Shown: positions 41,255 through 54,587, numbered from the stretch's first letter. The stretch is DNA of 64,000 nucleotides from Eledone cirrhosa (GCA_964016885.1 OZ024742.1:100192001-100256000); one strand, 5' to 3'. Translations and numbers: made by a program. Notes: generated by a model from the sequence alone, not told the origin.

Positions 41255-42817
41255 CATGATGGCTGCCCCCGCGTTATCGAGTATGGCCATTGCACGAGGA
41301 GAAAAAAAAATATTAATAAATAAATAAAAAAGAAAATAAAATTAAAAAAGAGAAATATATATATATATATATACACACATATATATACATATATACACAC
41401 ATATATATATACACACATATACATTAATAACAATAATAATAATAATAATAATAACAATAATAATAACGACAACAACGACAATAATAATATACATATACAC
41501 ATACATATACACACACACGCACACACATAAACATATCTATACACACACACACACGATAGCAACTAACAGCGCTGCGATCGAATGTGGCTTTTTAGCCCAG
41601 CCAATGATCTAAAATGTCTTGCACAGAGTCGGCAACCAAAACATTCACTGGGAATAGTCGGCTGTGGTTGGTGTTCGTGTACTTTTGCATGTCGCTTGAG
41701 CCCTCCTGCTGATTTACATTCTCTACTACATGCTTGGCAAGCATGATGAGTAGCATCTCCAACAGCAGCCTGGTAGTCAACCACTGGTCTTACTTTATGA
41801 CTGCGAAGATGACTTTCGAGTCCAGCTTTGCTTAGGCAGAGTCTCGCACAGACGCTGCATGTCAGCACCATAGGAGGACCCTCGCCGTCTGGAATTGCAA
41901 CAGCAATGCCCTTCCTCACATCCCGCTTTACTTTCTCGTATGCGATTCGAGATGCCTCAAGGCAACTTTTCCCTCATATACAGTCTTTCCCTATTTATTA
42001 CGATCAGCAGCAATATTTTCCCATGTATCAGCAGAGATGTTAGCGTCTTTCAAAGAGACTTTCGAGGAATCCTTATACCTCTTTTTTGGTTTATGTGGCG
42101 GTTGTTTTCCTTTAACCAACTCTCCATAAAAGAGTTGTTTTGGTATTCTAGAATCCTTCATCATGGCAAAGTGACCACTCCAACGGAGTCGTTGCTTAAG
42201 CACAAGAGCTTCTATACTGTCACACATAGAGCTTTCCAAAATCTCGACATCACTGATGTGGTCCCTCCAGTGAACGCCATGGATCCGTCTGAGACACATC
42301 TGATGGAAACGCTCCAATTGCTTAAGGTGGTGTCGATATGTGACCCAGATCTCGCAGGCATAGAGAAGAGAGCACACATGCCTTGTATACCTTTACCTTT
42401 GTCCTCCTGCATATGTCTCGCCGACCCCAGAGTCGCCTTTCTAGCTTTCCGAAAGCATCACTTGCTTTCCTAATCCTAAGTGAGATTTCACTGTCAAGGT
42501 TGCTGTATCGATTGACAGTGCTTCCCAGGTAGACAAACTGTTCAACCACTCCAAGTCGTTTACCATACACATAGATATTTGGTTCAGTGTACTGATTACC
42601 AGGGACAGGTTGGTACATGACGACGGTTTTCTTGAGACTGACAGTCAATCCTAGGGCAGTGCAAGAGTCAGAAAATGCATTCAAAATGTGCTGCATATCA
42701 CTCTCTGTGTGAGCTACAAGATCGCAATCATCTACATACAAGAGGTCTCTTATGATTGATGTAAATACTTTTGTCTTTGCAGCAAAGCGCCTGATGTTAA
42801 ATATGCTGATGTTAAAC
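41255..42817 (-). mobile_element. 5'-truncated RTE LINE with three C-terminal C2H2 zinc fingers
   Basis: Frameshifted ORFs 42322-42867 ([18 protein letters not shown]), 41991-42377 ([15 protein letters not shown]) and 41563-41919 (three CxxC..GL..H...H/Q). The likely terminus gcagccatc-(ATGT)n at 41255-41297 is separated from the ORF by simple repeats. Confidence 0.88.
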
Positions 42818-42874
42818 ATACATACATACATACATACATACATACATACATACATACATACATACATACATACA

Positions 42875-43320
42875 TGATGGCTTCAAACTCTGCTAAGAAT
42901 ATTGCAATCGCTTGTCAGATTCAGATGTGTGACGCTTGGATATGGCTTTTCAAGCCTACTAGAGACTTGCACTCCTTCACACATTGATGAAAAGTATGGA
43001 TCCCTAGACTCAGGTCTTGCATCAGGTTGCCAGTGAACCTTCACAATACTGTAGAGATCATAGTTCACTGGTTCTCTTTGACATGGCTGCAACTGTGGCT
43101 CCTGAGACCAGATTTGCTAAAAAAAAAACTTTCCACACGCAGGGCACTTCAATTCAATGGAGACATCGATCGTTTCGAGAGATACACCAGGACATTGCTT
43201 ACGCACAACCTGTTTCATCTTCTCGTGCGCTATGCGTCTGTCCTCAAAATTATGGACCCCATAATTCACCATTCCACGCCAAGTTTCTCCTTCAAGAGCT
43301 TCTATCTCCCAGTCATCCAC
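42875..43320 (-). mobile_element. 3' fragment of a second RTE family between (CATA)n tracts
   Basis: DDWEIEALEGETWRGMV..LKCPACGK zinc-finger segment; ends gaagccatc-(ATGT)n. Confidence 0.75.
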
Positions 43321-43805
43321 CATACATACATACATACATACATACATACATACATACATACATACATACATACATACGTCTGTGTGTGCTTGTGATTGTG
43401 TATGATTATATTTTTCTTTCCCTCACTTTCACTCTCTCGATTTCATCTTCCTTATTACCTTTTGACAGTTACTTTCAATTATTAAATATAACACAATGAA
43501 ATTGAGAACCAATTTCAGATCTATGTTACAACAGAAAAGTGGCGGATTATCAGAATCAGTAGAGCTTCCAACATATATTTTACAGTATTTATTCCGTGTC
43601 TTTAAGTTTAAGTTTAAATCCTGTCGATGCCAACTTTGACTTTCATTCTGATTAGAGTAGAACAATCCACTATTATTTTCGTAAGATGCGTAAAGCTCAA
43701 TGCATTAAGTCGACAGCATGCTAGAATCCAAATCAAAGGTTGTACTCGAAAGTGTTAAGATACTGGTAGTTGAAAACAGAGAGCTCGCAGAAGCGACAGT
43801 CATGT

Positions 43806-44230
43806 AATCTGTGTTTACTACACTGTATATATATATAATTGGTGTGAGATGCTTAAAGCGTCAGTATGCGGTAGGCTGTTTGAGCATTCGATGCTCTTAC
43901 AGATCAGAGTATAATATCATATAAGAAACGGAGAATCAGTGGTGCGACGAATAATATTTATTAGATATATTACAATTGTTTCTCTGGCGACCAGCTCGAA
44001 GCACGATTGATGCAATGATCGAAGCTGACTCTGAAATCGCAGAATTTGGAAATTCTTCTTCGAAGAATCGAGATCTATCTGAGGATCTTGCGATATCAGA
44101 GTCAGGTTCGATCATTGCATCGATCGTGCCTCGAGCTGGTCTACCGCATACTGACGCTTTAAGCATCTCACACCAATTATATATATATACAGTGTAGTAA
44201 ACACAGATTCTCCGTTTCTTATGTGATATT
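43806..44230. repeat. Nested triple inverted repeat (A..B..C-loop-C'A'B')
   Basis: A 43806-43874/44141-44209; B 43913-43937/44206-44230; C 43989-44041/44089-44141. Confidence 0.9.
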
Positions 44231-44268
44231 TATATATATATATATAATATATATATTTATTTATATAT

Positions 44269-44456
44269 ATAGGAAAATGTTTAACCCCGACGGCAGAGTT
44301 CAAACCGTTTCGACGACTATCAGAAATAGCCGTCGAAACGGCTTGAGCTCTGCCGTCGGGGTTAAACATGTTCCTATTACCCATTCTACTACCCTAAGTA
44401 TTGAGTACTCTGGTGCGTTATGGTCCATCTGGTTCCTTGCCACACTTCCTTCGTTA
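44269..44456 (+). mobile_element. Penelope-like family P1, copy 2
   Basis: Arms 44269-44320/44326-44377, tail to ccttcgtta; lies in (TA)n. Confidence 0.7.
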
Positions 44457-45850
44457 TTTATATATATATATGTGTGTGTGTGTATGTGTGTGTATGTGTG
44501 TGTATGTGTGTGTCTATGTATTTAACCGGTGATTGTCTAAAGCGAACACCGTTACCTAACTCTGATATTTCAAAGAACAGCACCCAACATTTCACGTGAT
44601 TGACACCGATTACAATATAACGGTATTTTTATTCATACATCCACACTTACTTGACATTGTATGCGGAAAATGATAAAATTAACAGTTTTCCGCTCTTATA
44701 ATTCAGTTTGAGTAAAATATTTTCTATGAATTTAATCTATACATTTAAATGTAATCACGTTTACACGTAATTTAAATATTATCGTCTCTAAATATGCATT
44801 GTTATTTCAAATCCGCGAACCCCTTTTTATAGCAATGTTTCTCTACTGTGCAACTTCACTTTTAATGCTTATATTATTACACTATTCTCTGGTTATGCAA
44901 ATCACTTGCCCAATATTCTTTACGTGTTCTCTTCGCCTTTCGAAAACTTTCTTTTACTGTATTATTTTTCTTTTATTGTTATTCTTATGGGTGTGCTAAG
45001 TAATTCAAAGTATCTATTTTCTTCCTGGGGAAAAGGGGATTTTTACTTGAGTGCCATTTAAGTTATTAATTATTCATTGTTTGACTAATTAACTGATTGT
45101 TTGTATGCACTGGTACTACATATATCTCCATAGAAACAATTGTATAAATTGAAGATGGAATTTGAATAACAACTTTGGTTTTACGGAAGGCCAGCAGTCG
45201 CACATCCATGGCTATCTCCCTTGTCCATGCCACTAATATTGTCCATTGGAATGGCAAAAAGCCGAGGAAACATGGCACTAAGGTCGTCACAACTCATTTT
45301 GTTCAGCTGAATTGATTGGAATAATGTGAATTAAAGTGTTGTCTGCAATGATACAACGCGACTCTCGCTCCAAGATTCAATCCAATGACGTTATGATCGT
45401 GAGCCGAACACCATAACTTCTGAGTCACACACCTTCAGAAATAAATTAATATTCTACAAATATTAATATATTTAATGGTACTCTCTCCTGAAACTGTCAA
45501 ATGTTCAATAGCTTCGCCCTTCGCCACCAACATGTATTCATACATAACTAATTGACTATCCTTTCCCTCCCTTTCTTATCATCTCTCTCCCTCTCTTACA
45601 CTGTCTCTCGTTTTCTCTATTAAGATTACTCTCTATTTCTTTCTCTCTCTCACGCTCTCTCTCTCTTTCTCACTCTCTTTCTCACTCACATTCTCTCTCC
45701 TTCTCTCTCTTTCTCACTCACATTCTCTCTCCCTCTCTCTCTCTTTTCATTCAACCTTCCACTATCTATGTCCTACCCCTATATATGATATATGTGATAT
45801 GCATAAACATCAATACATAATTTATATACATGGGTATATATATATACATG

Positions 45851-45903
<53 letters not shown>

Positions 45904-46502
45904 GGTGGCTGCCAACTCGTTTTCGAGTACGGCCACTACTTTATATCCATGTAGGAGAACCCCTACCGATGCGCTGAACGAGTGTGACATTTTAGTCCAG
46001 CCAGCGACTTGAAAACTCTGGTACAAACACCACACTTGTGACAATTATTGACACATAGTGCTGGGCCCATGGTACCATGTGACGACAAGCGCAGAGAGAT
46101 CTCCAGATATAAAGCAATGCCTGTGTCGTGAAGCTTTTATTGTGAGCAAAGGCACTGCACAAAGCCAGTCCCACTCTCTTAACCAAGATGATATTTACCA
46201 AAAAGAAGAACAAGTCAACATCATTGGATACCATCAGAGTTGCAGGTGTTATATCAGAGTTTTCCTTCTCCTAGAATTCTGCCTTGACAAAGGCTAAGGG
46301 GTCATCTCTCCCGGTGATTTTGGATGGCCATTGACTCTTAAGAGCTCCTTTGCCCTTTGACAGGTTTTGTTTTTAGTCCTGCAGGATGTCCAAAGTCACC
46401 CTCCTCACCAAGAAACCTTGGTGGGGTTGCCAGTTTAGTCGCCAACGACCCGACCATGGGACAGGTTGTACTGGGATACATGTTACCAGTAGCACCAACT
46501 GG

Positions 46503-46504
<2 letters not shown>
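45904..46504 (-). mobile_element. RTE-derived element copy 5, with longer 5' end, in (TA)n
   Basis: Matches 26304-26857 plus ~45 extra 5' bases; no (ATGT)n tail. Confidence 0.78.
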
Positions 46505-46594
<90 letters not shown>

Positions 46595-46640
46595 CATACG
46601 TACACATACACTCATACAGAATACATATGTCTTTATGTGT

Positions 46641-46759
<119 letters not shown>

Positions 46760-46959
46760 ACCACATACATTTCCGGTGAGAGATATTTATATTTTTACGT
46801 TGCTGTGTTAGTGGTGGTGTTAGTTGATGTTGGTGTTGGTGATGATACTTGTGGTCGTGGGGAGAGTAGAGACATCGTTTCTTCCGTCACCGACGAGAAG
46901 TTTAATCCGGCTTGTTATTTCCCACACTCCATTACTATTGTTCTGCAACTCTGGTAAAC

Positions 46960-47480
46960 AAGCCAAGGGATAAAGGAAGGAATAAAGGAAGGAAGAAAGG
47001 ACTGTGGAAAGAAATGGAGGAACGAAGTGGAAAAAGAATGAAGGAGCGAATAAACGGAAGAAGGAAAAAGCGAAGGGACCAAGATATAGAGGAACGAAGG
47101 AATGAATGATTGAAGGAACGAAACAATGGAGGAACGTAGAGCTGAAGGAATGGAGAGGTAAACAATGTAGGAATGGAGGTACGAAGGAATGAAGTAGAAG
47201 AACGAGTGAAGGATGGAATCAAGAAGTGGAGGAATGAAAGAATGAAAGAATAGAGAAGGAAGGAATGGAGAAATGAAGGAATGAGGGAACGAAAGAATGG
47301 AGGAATGATGCAATGGAAGGACGAAAAGACAAAAGAATGGAGGAATGATGCAATGGAAGGACGAAAAGACAAAATAATGAAGAAAGAGAAGAGAGAAGGG
47401 GGAGATAATGAAGGAACAAAGGAATTGAATAATGATGGAATAAAAAATATGAGAACGAAGGAATGAATGAATAAAGGAAT
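46960..47480. repeat. Purine-rich (GAAGGAAT-like) low-complexity tract with a ~39-bp tandem duplication
   Basis: aaagaatggaggaatgatgcaatggaaggacgaaaagac is repeated at ~47292-47370. Confidence 0.8.
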
Positions 47481-48030
47481 TGAGTGACAATTCTCAGCTG
47501 GAATGGCTTTTAGACGGTGACATTTAACGGATTACGTGAAACCGAGCACCTGACTTCTAAATAAGACACGTGATATTTAGTGTCAACTCGGGTCTCACAG
47601 GTGGCGTTGATGGCTACGAGAGACGAGAGATGCGGGATATAAAACAAAAACAAATAACCACAACCATAACCACAACCAATTGAACAGACACAGAGTCATT
47701 AGAATATCCATCCATCGCTCGTTTAGCTCTAAATGACCAAGAGGGATTATATAGATGGGAGATGGCGCGATGTAGAAAAGAGGAAATTAAGGTAAATGAA
47801 TTAACAGATTTATGAGCCCAGGAATATGGATACAGAAACAAAAACTTGCATTCATCATCGAATAGGATGCTATCAATGGACTATTTCAGATATCAGCAGT
47901 GTAATAGGATATGCTGATATGGCGTACTGGATAAATGTGACCTGAATTGTCGTATAAATTGTTGGAATCCAATATGTACAAACGATGATGAAGCAGTCTT
48001 GCTCAGGAAATCATTTGTTTATAAGTACAT

Positions 48031-48062
<32 letters not shown>

Positions 48063-48124
48063 ATGTCTTTATATCTATCTTACATACATATATACAATTA
48101 TATCTATACACACACACACATATA

Positions 48125-48175
<51 letters not shown>

Positions 48176-48372
48176 CAAATAGGGTGTGGTAAAATACCAT
48201 GGTGGGGTCCTGACTCTCTTCACATATATATGTCTACACGTGAGAACACATATCTGAGGACCTTCCGATTCTAGAGTCAGGAACGAACATGATTCGATCG
48301 TTCCTCCAACTGATCGGCAGTGAACCATATGTAATATGTAATTAAATATATATATGATGCCTATTTATTATT

Positions 48373-50071
48373 GTTCTTTGAGTCTCAGTCATTGATGTTA
48401 GTTAACTGGAAAGTTTGTTGAAATGAATATCAAGCCACTACCTGCAGTCTCAGATATTCAGGACGTATAGGAGGGTTCTTGCTGTTCCCAGCAAGTATGC
48501 TTTTGAAGTGTTCCAAAAAGCGGGGCGGGGCCAATTTTCTTTAACCATCCCTGGAAACTCTTTGAGATAGTACATAGTGCGCCTATGACAATCGGGACCA
48601 CTTTGACTTCATGGCAGTTCCAAATCCTTTTTACCTCCCACTTAAAGTCCTGGTACGGTTAATTTTCTCCCTCTCCTTCTCTTGCACTCTCGTGTCGAAT
48701 GGGCAGGCCACATCCACAATCAGGCACGATCTGTTTTCCTTGTCCAAAACCACCAGGTCAGGTCTATTGTGTTCCAGTTTCTTGTCCGTCTGTATCCTAA
48801 AATCCCACAGCACCTTCACCTGATCGTTTTCTATCACCGACTCTGGCATATGCTCATACCACTTCTCAGAATGTGGTAAATTGTTTACTTTGCATAGGTG
48901 CCAGTGGATCACCCTGCCCATCACATCATGTCTCCAGCCTTTATAGTGAGTCTGGGATAGGTGTTTACACTCGGATACAATGTGAGCCACAGTCTCCTCT
49001 CTCTCTCCACAGATCCTGCACAGTGGGCTAGCCTCCTCCTTGTAAATATGGTGTTTCAGCCACTTCGTTTTGAGGGCCTGCTCTTGCGCAGCCATTAGCA
49101 TTCCTTCTGTAGCCTTTTTAAGGTCTCCTCTTTTCAACCAGTTCCATGTCTGTGGATCTCTAAATTCAGTTTTCTCAAAGAAGGTACTATGAAGGAATTT
49201 TTCATGAAGGTTGCTCTTTCTCCTTGTTGTTATTTCCTCCTTGGACATCCTCTGGTCTATTGTCCTCTCCTTCAGTACAATTCTGAGCATTGGCTCCTTA
49301 CTATCAGTCATGTATTTGTGTAGGTTGTTTTTCTCCATCTGAACACAGTCCTCTATGCTGATAAGACCTCTTCCACCTTCAGATCTCCTTAAATAGTGTC
49401 TATCGACATCACTCTTCTTGCGGAACATGTTGTAGATAGTCAATAGCTTCCTAGTCTTCCTATCCATTTCTTTTTGTTCAGCAACATTCCATCTCAGAAT
49501 TCCCGCACTGTACCTAATAATAGACACAGCTCGGTAATTTACTGCACTTATGGCATTCCTACTGTTCAGATGTGACTTTAATACGCTCCTTACTCTCCGA
49601 ATGTATTCAGATCTTATCAATTCCTTCATTCTTTTGTTCTTGATGTCATCAGCCTCCAGAACACCCAAATACTTGTATCCTTCTTCAGTGTCAATTTCCT
49701 TTATCATCTCACCTATTGGTACCTGGATTCCGTTGCTTCTGCTCAATTTACCCCTCTTCATCACAAGGACACCACACTTACTAATACCAAATTGCATACA
49801 TATATCATTGCTGAAAATACGGACAGTGTCAACAAGCACATCCAACTCCTTCTCACTCTTCCCGAAGAGCTTAAGATCGTCCATGAAGAGGAGCTGATTG
49901 ATGGTAAGCTCTCCTTTTCCCAACTTGTATCCTGCTCTCACTTTTCGCAGTATAATGGTCATCAGGGTAAGGACAAACAAGAGAAGGGACAGATTATCTC
50001 CCTGGAAGATACCTCTCTTGATCTTCACGCCTCCCAAGTATTCTCTGTTTTAACTCTGTTTTCCAGGACTT
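48373..50071 (-). mobile_element. Dong/R4-type RLE LINE family C, 5'-truncated, TAA-rich tail
   Basis: ORF 48631-50037: IFQGDNLS, LLFMDDLKL, YKYLG, CRICGEREETVAHIVSEC, RHD, RPDLVV..VDVACP; frameshift near the C-terminus. Confidence 0.92.
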
Positions 50072-50091
50072 CTATTATTGTTATTATTATT

Positions 50092-50335
50092 GTTCTTTGA
50101 GTCTCAGTCATTGATGTTAGTTAACTGGAAAGTTTGTTGAAATGAATATCAAGCCAAGCCACTACCTGCAGCCTCAGATATTCAGGACGTATCGGAGGGT
50201 TCTTGCTGTTCCCAGCAAGCATGCTTTTTGAAGCGTTCCAAAAAGCGGGGCGGGGACAATTTTCTTTAATCATCCCTGGAAACTTTTTGAGATAGTACCT
50301 AGTGCGCCTATGACAATCGGAACCACTTTGACTTC

Positions 50336-50336
<1 letters not shown>
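50092..50336 (-). mobile_element. Second 3' fragment of family C, tandem, bounded by (TAA)n
   Basis: Matches 48373-48611; (TTA)n at 50337-50376 and 50073-50091. Confidence 0.9.
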
Positions 50337-50383
<47 letters not shown>

Positions 50384-51097
50384 CTATTCGACTCTATATT
50401 ATATAACTATATCGATTCAATATCAGATACAGTTTTTCGGATGTATAATATATCCCAAAATATCACACACAACTGCATTCATCTATAAACGTTTATAACG
50501 TATTAGGCAGTGAATTAGGAGGCTTTCGCGGCTTCGAGGGGAATATATGTCATTAAACTATATTCTATCAAGAGCAGACTATATAAAATGACTTCTAATA
50601 TTTGTCTAGACTATCCAGATCTTCTATGACCTTATTTGCTCCGATGTAAAGACTACCTGACTGTGAGAGAGAATATTTTAAAACTGCTCAAAAACCTACC
50701 AAAATTTTGGTTATACATTATCTACCAAAGGTAAAGAAAATCTTCCAATATAGAGAAGCAGCATTTAAATATTTTATCGTTATCCCTTTTTACCATATTT
50801 TCTTATTTTTGCTTCTTTTGTTTTTTTTCATTTCTCTCTCTTATTTTTCTTTATTAATTATAAGAGGGGTTAGCAACCATTTCCTATATTTTAAAGTATG
50901 CATATCAATAATTTTCAAAATTGTGTCTATATATGATTTTGTAATTAATTGGATTCAATTTAATTTGATTGAAATAGTCAACTACTCGCGATCGTAGACT
51001 GATATGTAACATACGATGAAACACGTGTCAATGTTATGGAATAAATATTATTCCCACTTTTCTGGAATGTGATGTTTTAAATAATAATGTTGTAAAT

Positions 51098-51138
<41 letters not shown>

Positions 51139-51139
51139 T

Positions 51140-51206
<67 letters not shown>

Positions 51207-51214
51207 TTATATAA

Positions 51215-51253
<39 letters not shown>

Positions 51254-51520
51254 AGTGAGTGTGGCTGACTGAATACACAAGCTATTTAACAAAAGTCATT
51301 TTTCCGTTTCTTCCTCTTCTCACTGTTTAGCTTTCTATTTCATATTTTATTTCTCATTCTTGTATAGGTATTATATATTTATATATATATGGGGGGGGGG
51401 GGCATCTGTATACTTGTATAATATATATATAATTGAATATAAAAGAAAAATAAACACAGATATATACATAGCTATTTAATTGTAAGAGACTTCTAACTCA
51501 ATATATACCTTTGATATATA

Positions 51521-51585
<65 letters not shown>

Positions 51586-51588
<3 letters not shown>

Positions 51589-51717
51589 CGAAGGAAATGT
51601 GGTAAGGAACCAGGTGGACCATAACGCACCAAAGTATTCAATACTTGAGGTAGTAGAGTGGGTAATAGGGACCAGTAAGACCCCGACAGCTGAGCTCAAG
51701 CCGTTTCGACGGCTAAT

Positions 51718-51720
<3 letters not shown>
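51586..51720 (-). mobile_element. Penelope-like family P1, copy 3 (no inverted arm)
   Basis: Matches 40144-40278; (TA)n on both sides. Confidence 0.7.
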
Positions 51721-51777
<57 letters not shown>

Positions 51778-52259
51778 GTATATGTATGTATGTAAAAGGT
51801 AAACAGAAATAACAACACAATCGGTACAGTATATGGAAGCTTGATATAGCAGGAAGAGGGTCAATAGTTTCAGGTGTCGCTCAATGAATAGATAAGAACA
51901 TCATTTATTCATACATAAGAGACGTTAGCAAAGTAAATTCGGGGAAATTAATGATACACAATGCAAATTTCTCTACTGCAGTTTCATTGCGTAAGATCAA
52001 TATCAAACTTCTTAACTAGCCAAGGCATTTAATATTGTGAGAAGTCACTAATCATTAGGGAGCTTCTCATGCAATAAGAGAAATATTTTTTCATGTAGCC
52101 GCAATATATGTGTTTTTCAAACTAAAACATCAAGGACGTGGTATGCAGGATGAAAAATGAAAAACAGAAGGACGGTCGAAAAAGTTAAAAAGGAGCGCTG
52201 GAAATAGCTTACCAAGTACCGTGTCAGATTAACTCAACCTCAAGGAGGTATAAAATAAT

Positions 52260-52545
52260 TATATATGACCTGCATTCAGGTGGTTTTTTTATATTTATTG
52301 GCTTCTTGAAACAAAGGTATTTGTTATACAGAAACCAAACTCTATGCACAAGGAGAGGGAAAAAAGACCATTTGAAATAATTTTGCCAGTTAAAATGGTC
52401 TGCACCAAGGTGAGCATTAAAATCACCCAAGACTATGATCTTCTCATGACTTGACACGCGTTTTAATAGTTCACGAAGATCAGAGTAAAACATATTTTTT
52501 ATTAACTCAGAAGAGTTAAAGGTTGAGTATAGCAGCAATGCATTT
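52260..52545 (-). pseudogene. Decayed APE endonuclease fragment of an RTE-type LINE
   Basis: FYSDLRELLKRVSSHEKIIVLGDFNAHLG (GDFNA motif) in ORF 52224-52673. Confidence 0.7.
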
Positions 52546-52736
52546 GTGTCTGTATGTATGTGTGTGTGTCTGTATGTAAAAAAAAAAGTATTATCATCAA
52601 CAAAAAGGATATCCAGCAACTTTGAGTATGTGTACGCTAATTGTTCGCTCCACTGGAATTCATACTTATTCACTTATAGTTTAAGAGGCTGAATAATCTT
52701 CGGGCAAAATCAGCGTGAGGTGAGACTGTATTCTTT

Positions 52737-52885
52737 AATAACTGTTTCGACTTTTGGTACAAGGCCAGCAATTACCCAGTGTATTACTGGTACTTTATTT
52801 TATTGACCCCGTAAAGATGAAAGGCAAAGTTAACCTCGGCGGGATTTGAACTCAGAATGGCAAGGGCCGTAACTCAATGCGTCAA
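52737..52885 (-). mobile_element. SINE family 1 copy, 5'-truncated
   Basis: Matches the family sequence. Confidence 0.85.
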
Positions 52886-53189
52886 AGCTTTAATAACAGG
52901 TTTGCATCAAGTCTCCTATCATCAATATTCTCTCACAAATTCTCTAACAATATTTGTTTAAGATGAAATACAATGGAATCGAACCCGGGACAGCATCATG
53001 TATATATGTATATATACACACACACAATATATATATAAAGAATAAGAAACACCAAAGAGTCGACATGTTATGAAATTAACAAATGTTCCAACCGATTGAG
53101 ATTCATCCCTCTGGTTAAGTCTATACCCATTAATAGCAGCACTGATATTATTATTAAAGTTATATATATAAATATATATATATATATTT

Positions 53190-53285
<96 letters not shown>

Positions 53286-53448
53286 GTAGGTCCCGGGTTG
53301 AGTCGGGGTTAACCACAGTAAGTAAGGTACTCAATACATGGCAGAATAAAAAAAAAATTTTTTGTTATTTTTTTTTTTCTACAGGACTAGTACTGTTTCA
53401 TTCAGATGTACTAGTCCTGTAGAAGCTCCTTCTATAAAAAAAAAAATT

Positions 53449-53497
<49 letters not shown>

Positions 53498-53498
<1 letters not shown>

Positions 53499-53769
53499 AA
53501 AATGCAACTGAAGTCTTATTTTTTTTTTAAATATATATATTTATTTGGTTCCTTTACCGGTTTCGCAGTTCTTCTGCTTTTCAAAAGGTGAGTTGAGATG
53601 GAGGTTGAAAAGCAGAAGAACTGCGAAACCGGTAAAGGAACCAAATAAATATATATATTTTAAAAAAAAATAAGACTTCAGTTGCATTTTCGATTTCATC
53701 CCTTTTTCTTTATACTTCCACTCGTGTAGGACACCTCGGTTATTTTTCATTTTGTAAAAAAAACCTCAC

Positions 53770-53773
<4 letters not shown>
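53498..53773 (+). mobile_element. Penelope-like fold-back element P2 with hammerhead in both arms
   Basis: Arms ~53498-53584/53605-53691, ~80-bp tail, (TA)n flanks. Confidence 0.7.
53551..53588 (-). ncRNA. Minimal type I hammerhead ribozyme, U3-A8 variant
   Basis: Minus strand: CCTT-TTGAAAA-GCAG-AAGAA-CTGC-GAAA-CCG-GTA-AAGG. 4-bp stems I and II, palindromic ACCGGT stem III, GUA triplet. Confidence 0.75.
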
Positions 53774-53820
<47 letters not shown>

Positions 53821-53890
53821 CACACACACATATATATATATATAGGAGTTGGCGACCTGAATAGACCTATTCTATTTTTTTTATCAAAGA

Positions 53891-53977
<87 letters not shown>

Positions 53978-54386
53978 AGTTTGTGAGTGTGTGTGTGTGT
54001 TTGTATGTATGTATTATGATATTATATATGTGATATATATTATGATATTATATATGTGAATATGTTTATGTATGTGTATGTATTCTTTGGAATGTGCGTA
54101 TCTCTAGTTGCGTGTGTTAATTTTCCACTTCAATACTGCCATGTGTTGTCAGCTTCTGTGCTTCTCTGCTTGTGTGATGTCGAACAATCGTGTCACCAAC
54201 GTCATTATGATAGCAATTTGAAACGATTTCACGTAGATTGAACATGTCATTTGGAAAGTCAATAGCGACGAGTATCTCACATTACAGATCAACTAAAATA
54301 AACATATTAAACCAGGCCAACGTTGGAATATCTTCATACTGAGGGAAATATGGTTGTCAGAAACTGCAGAAGCCCGTCGTATATAT

Positions 54387-54587
54387 ATAGGAACATTTTC
54401 AAGACCCCGACGGCAGAGCTCAAGCCGTTTCACCGGCTATTTCTGGACAGTCCAGAAATAGCCGTCGAAACGGCTTGAGCTCTGCCGTCGGGGTCTTGAA
54501 CATTTTCCTATTACCCACTCTGCTACCCTAAGTATTGAGTATTTTGGTGCGTTGTGGTCCATCTGGTTCCTTACCACACTTCCTTCG

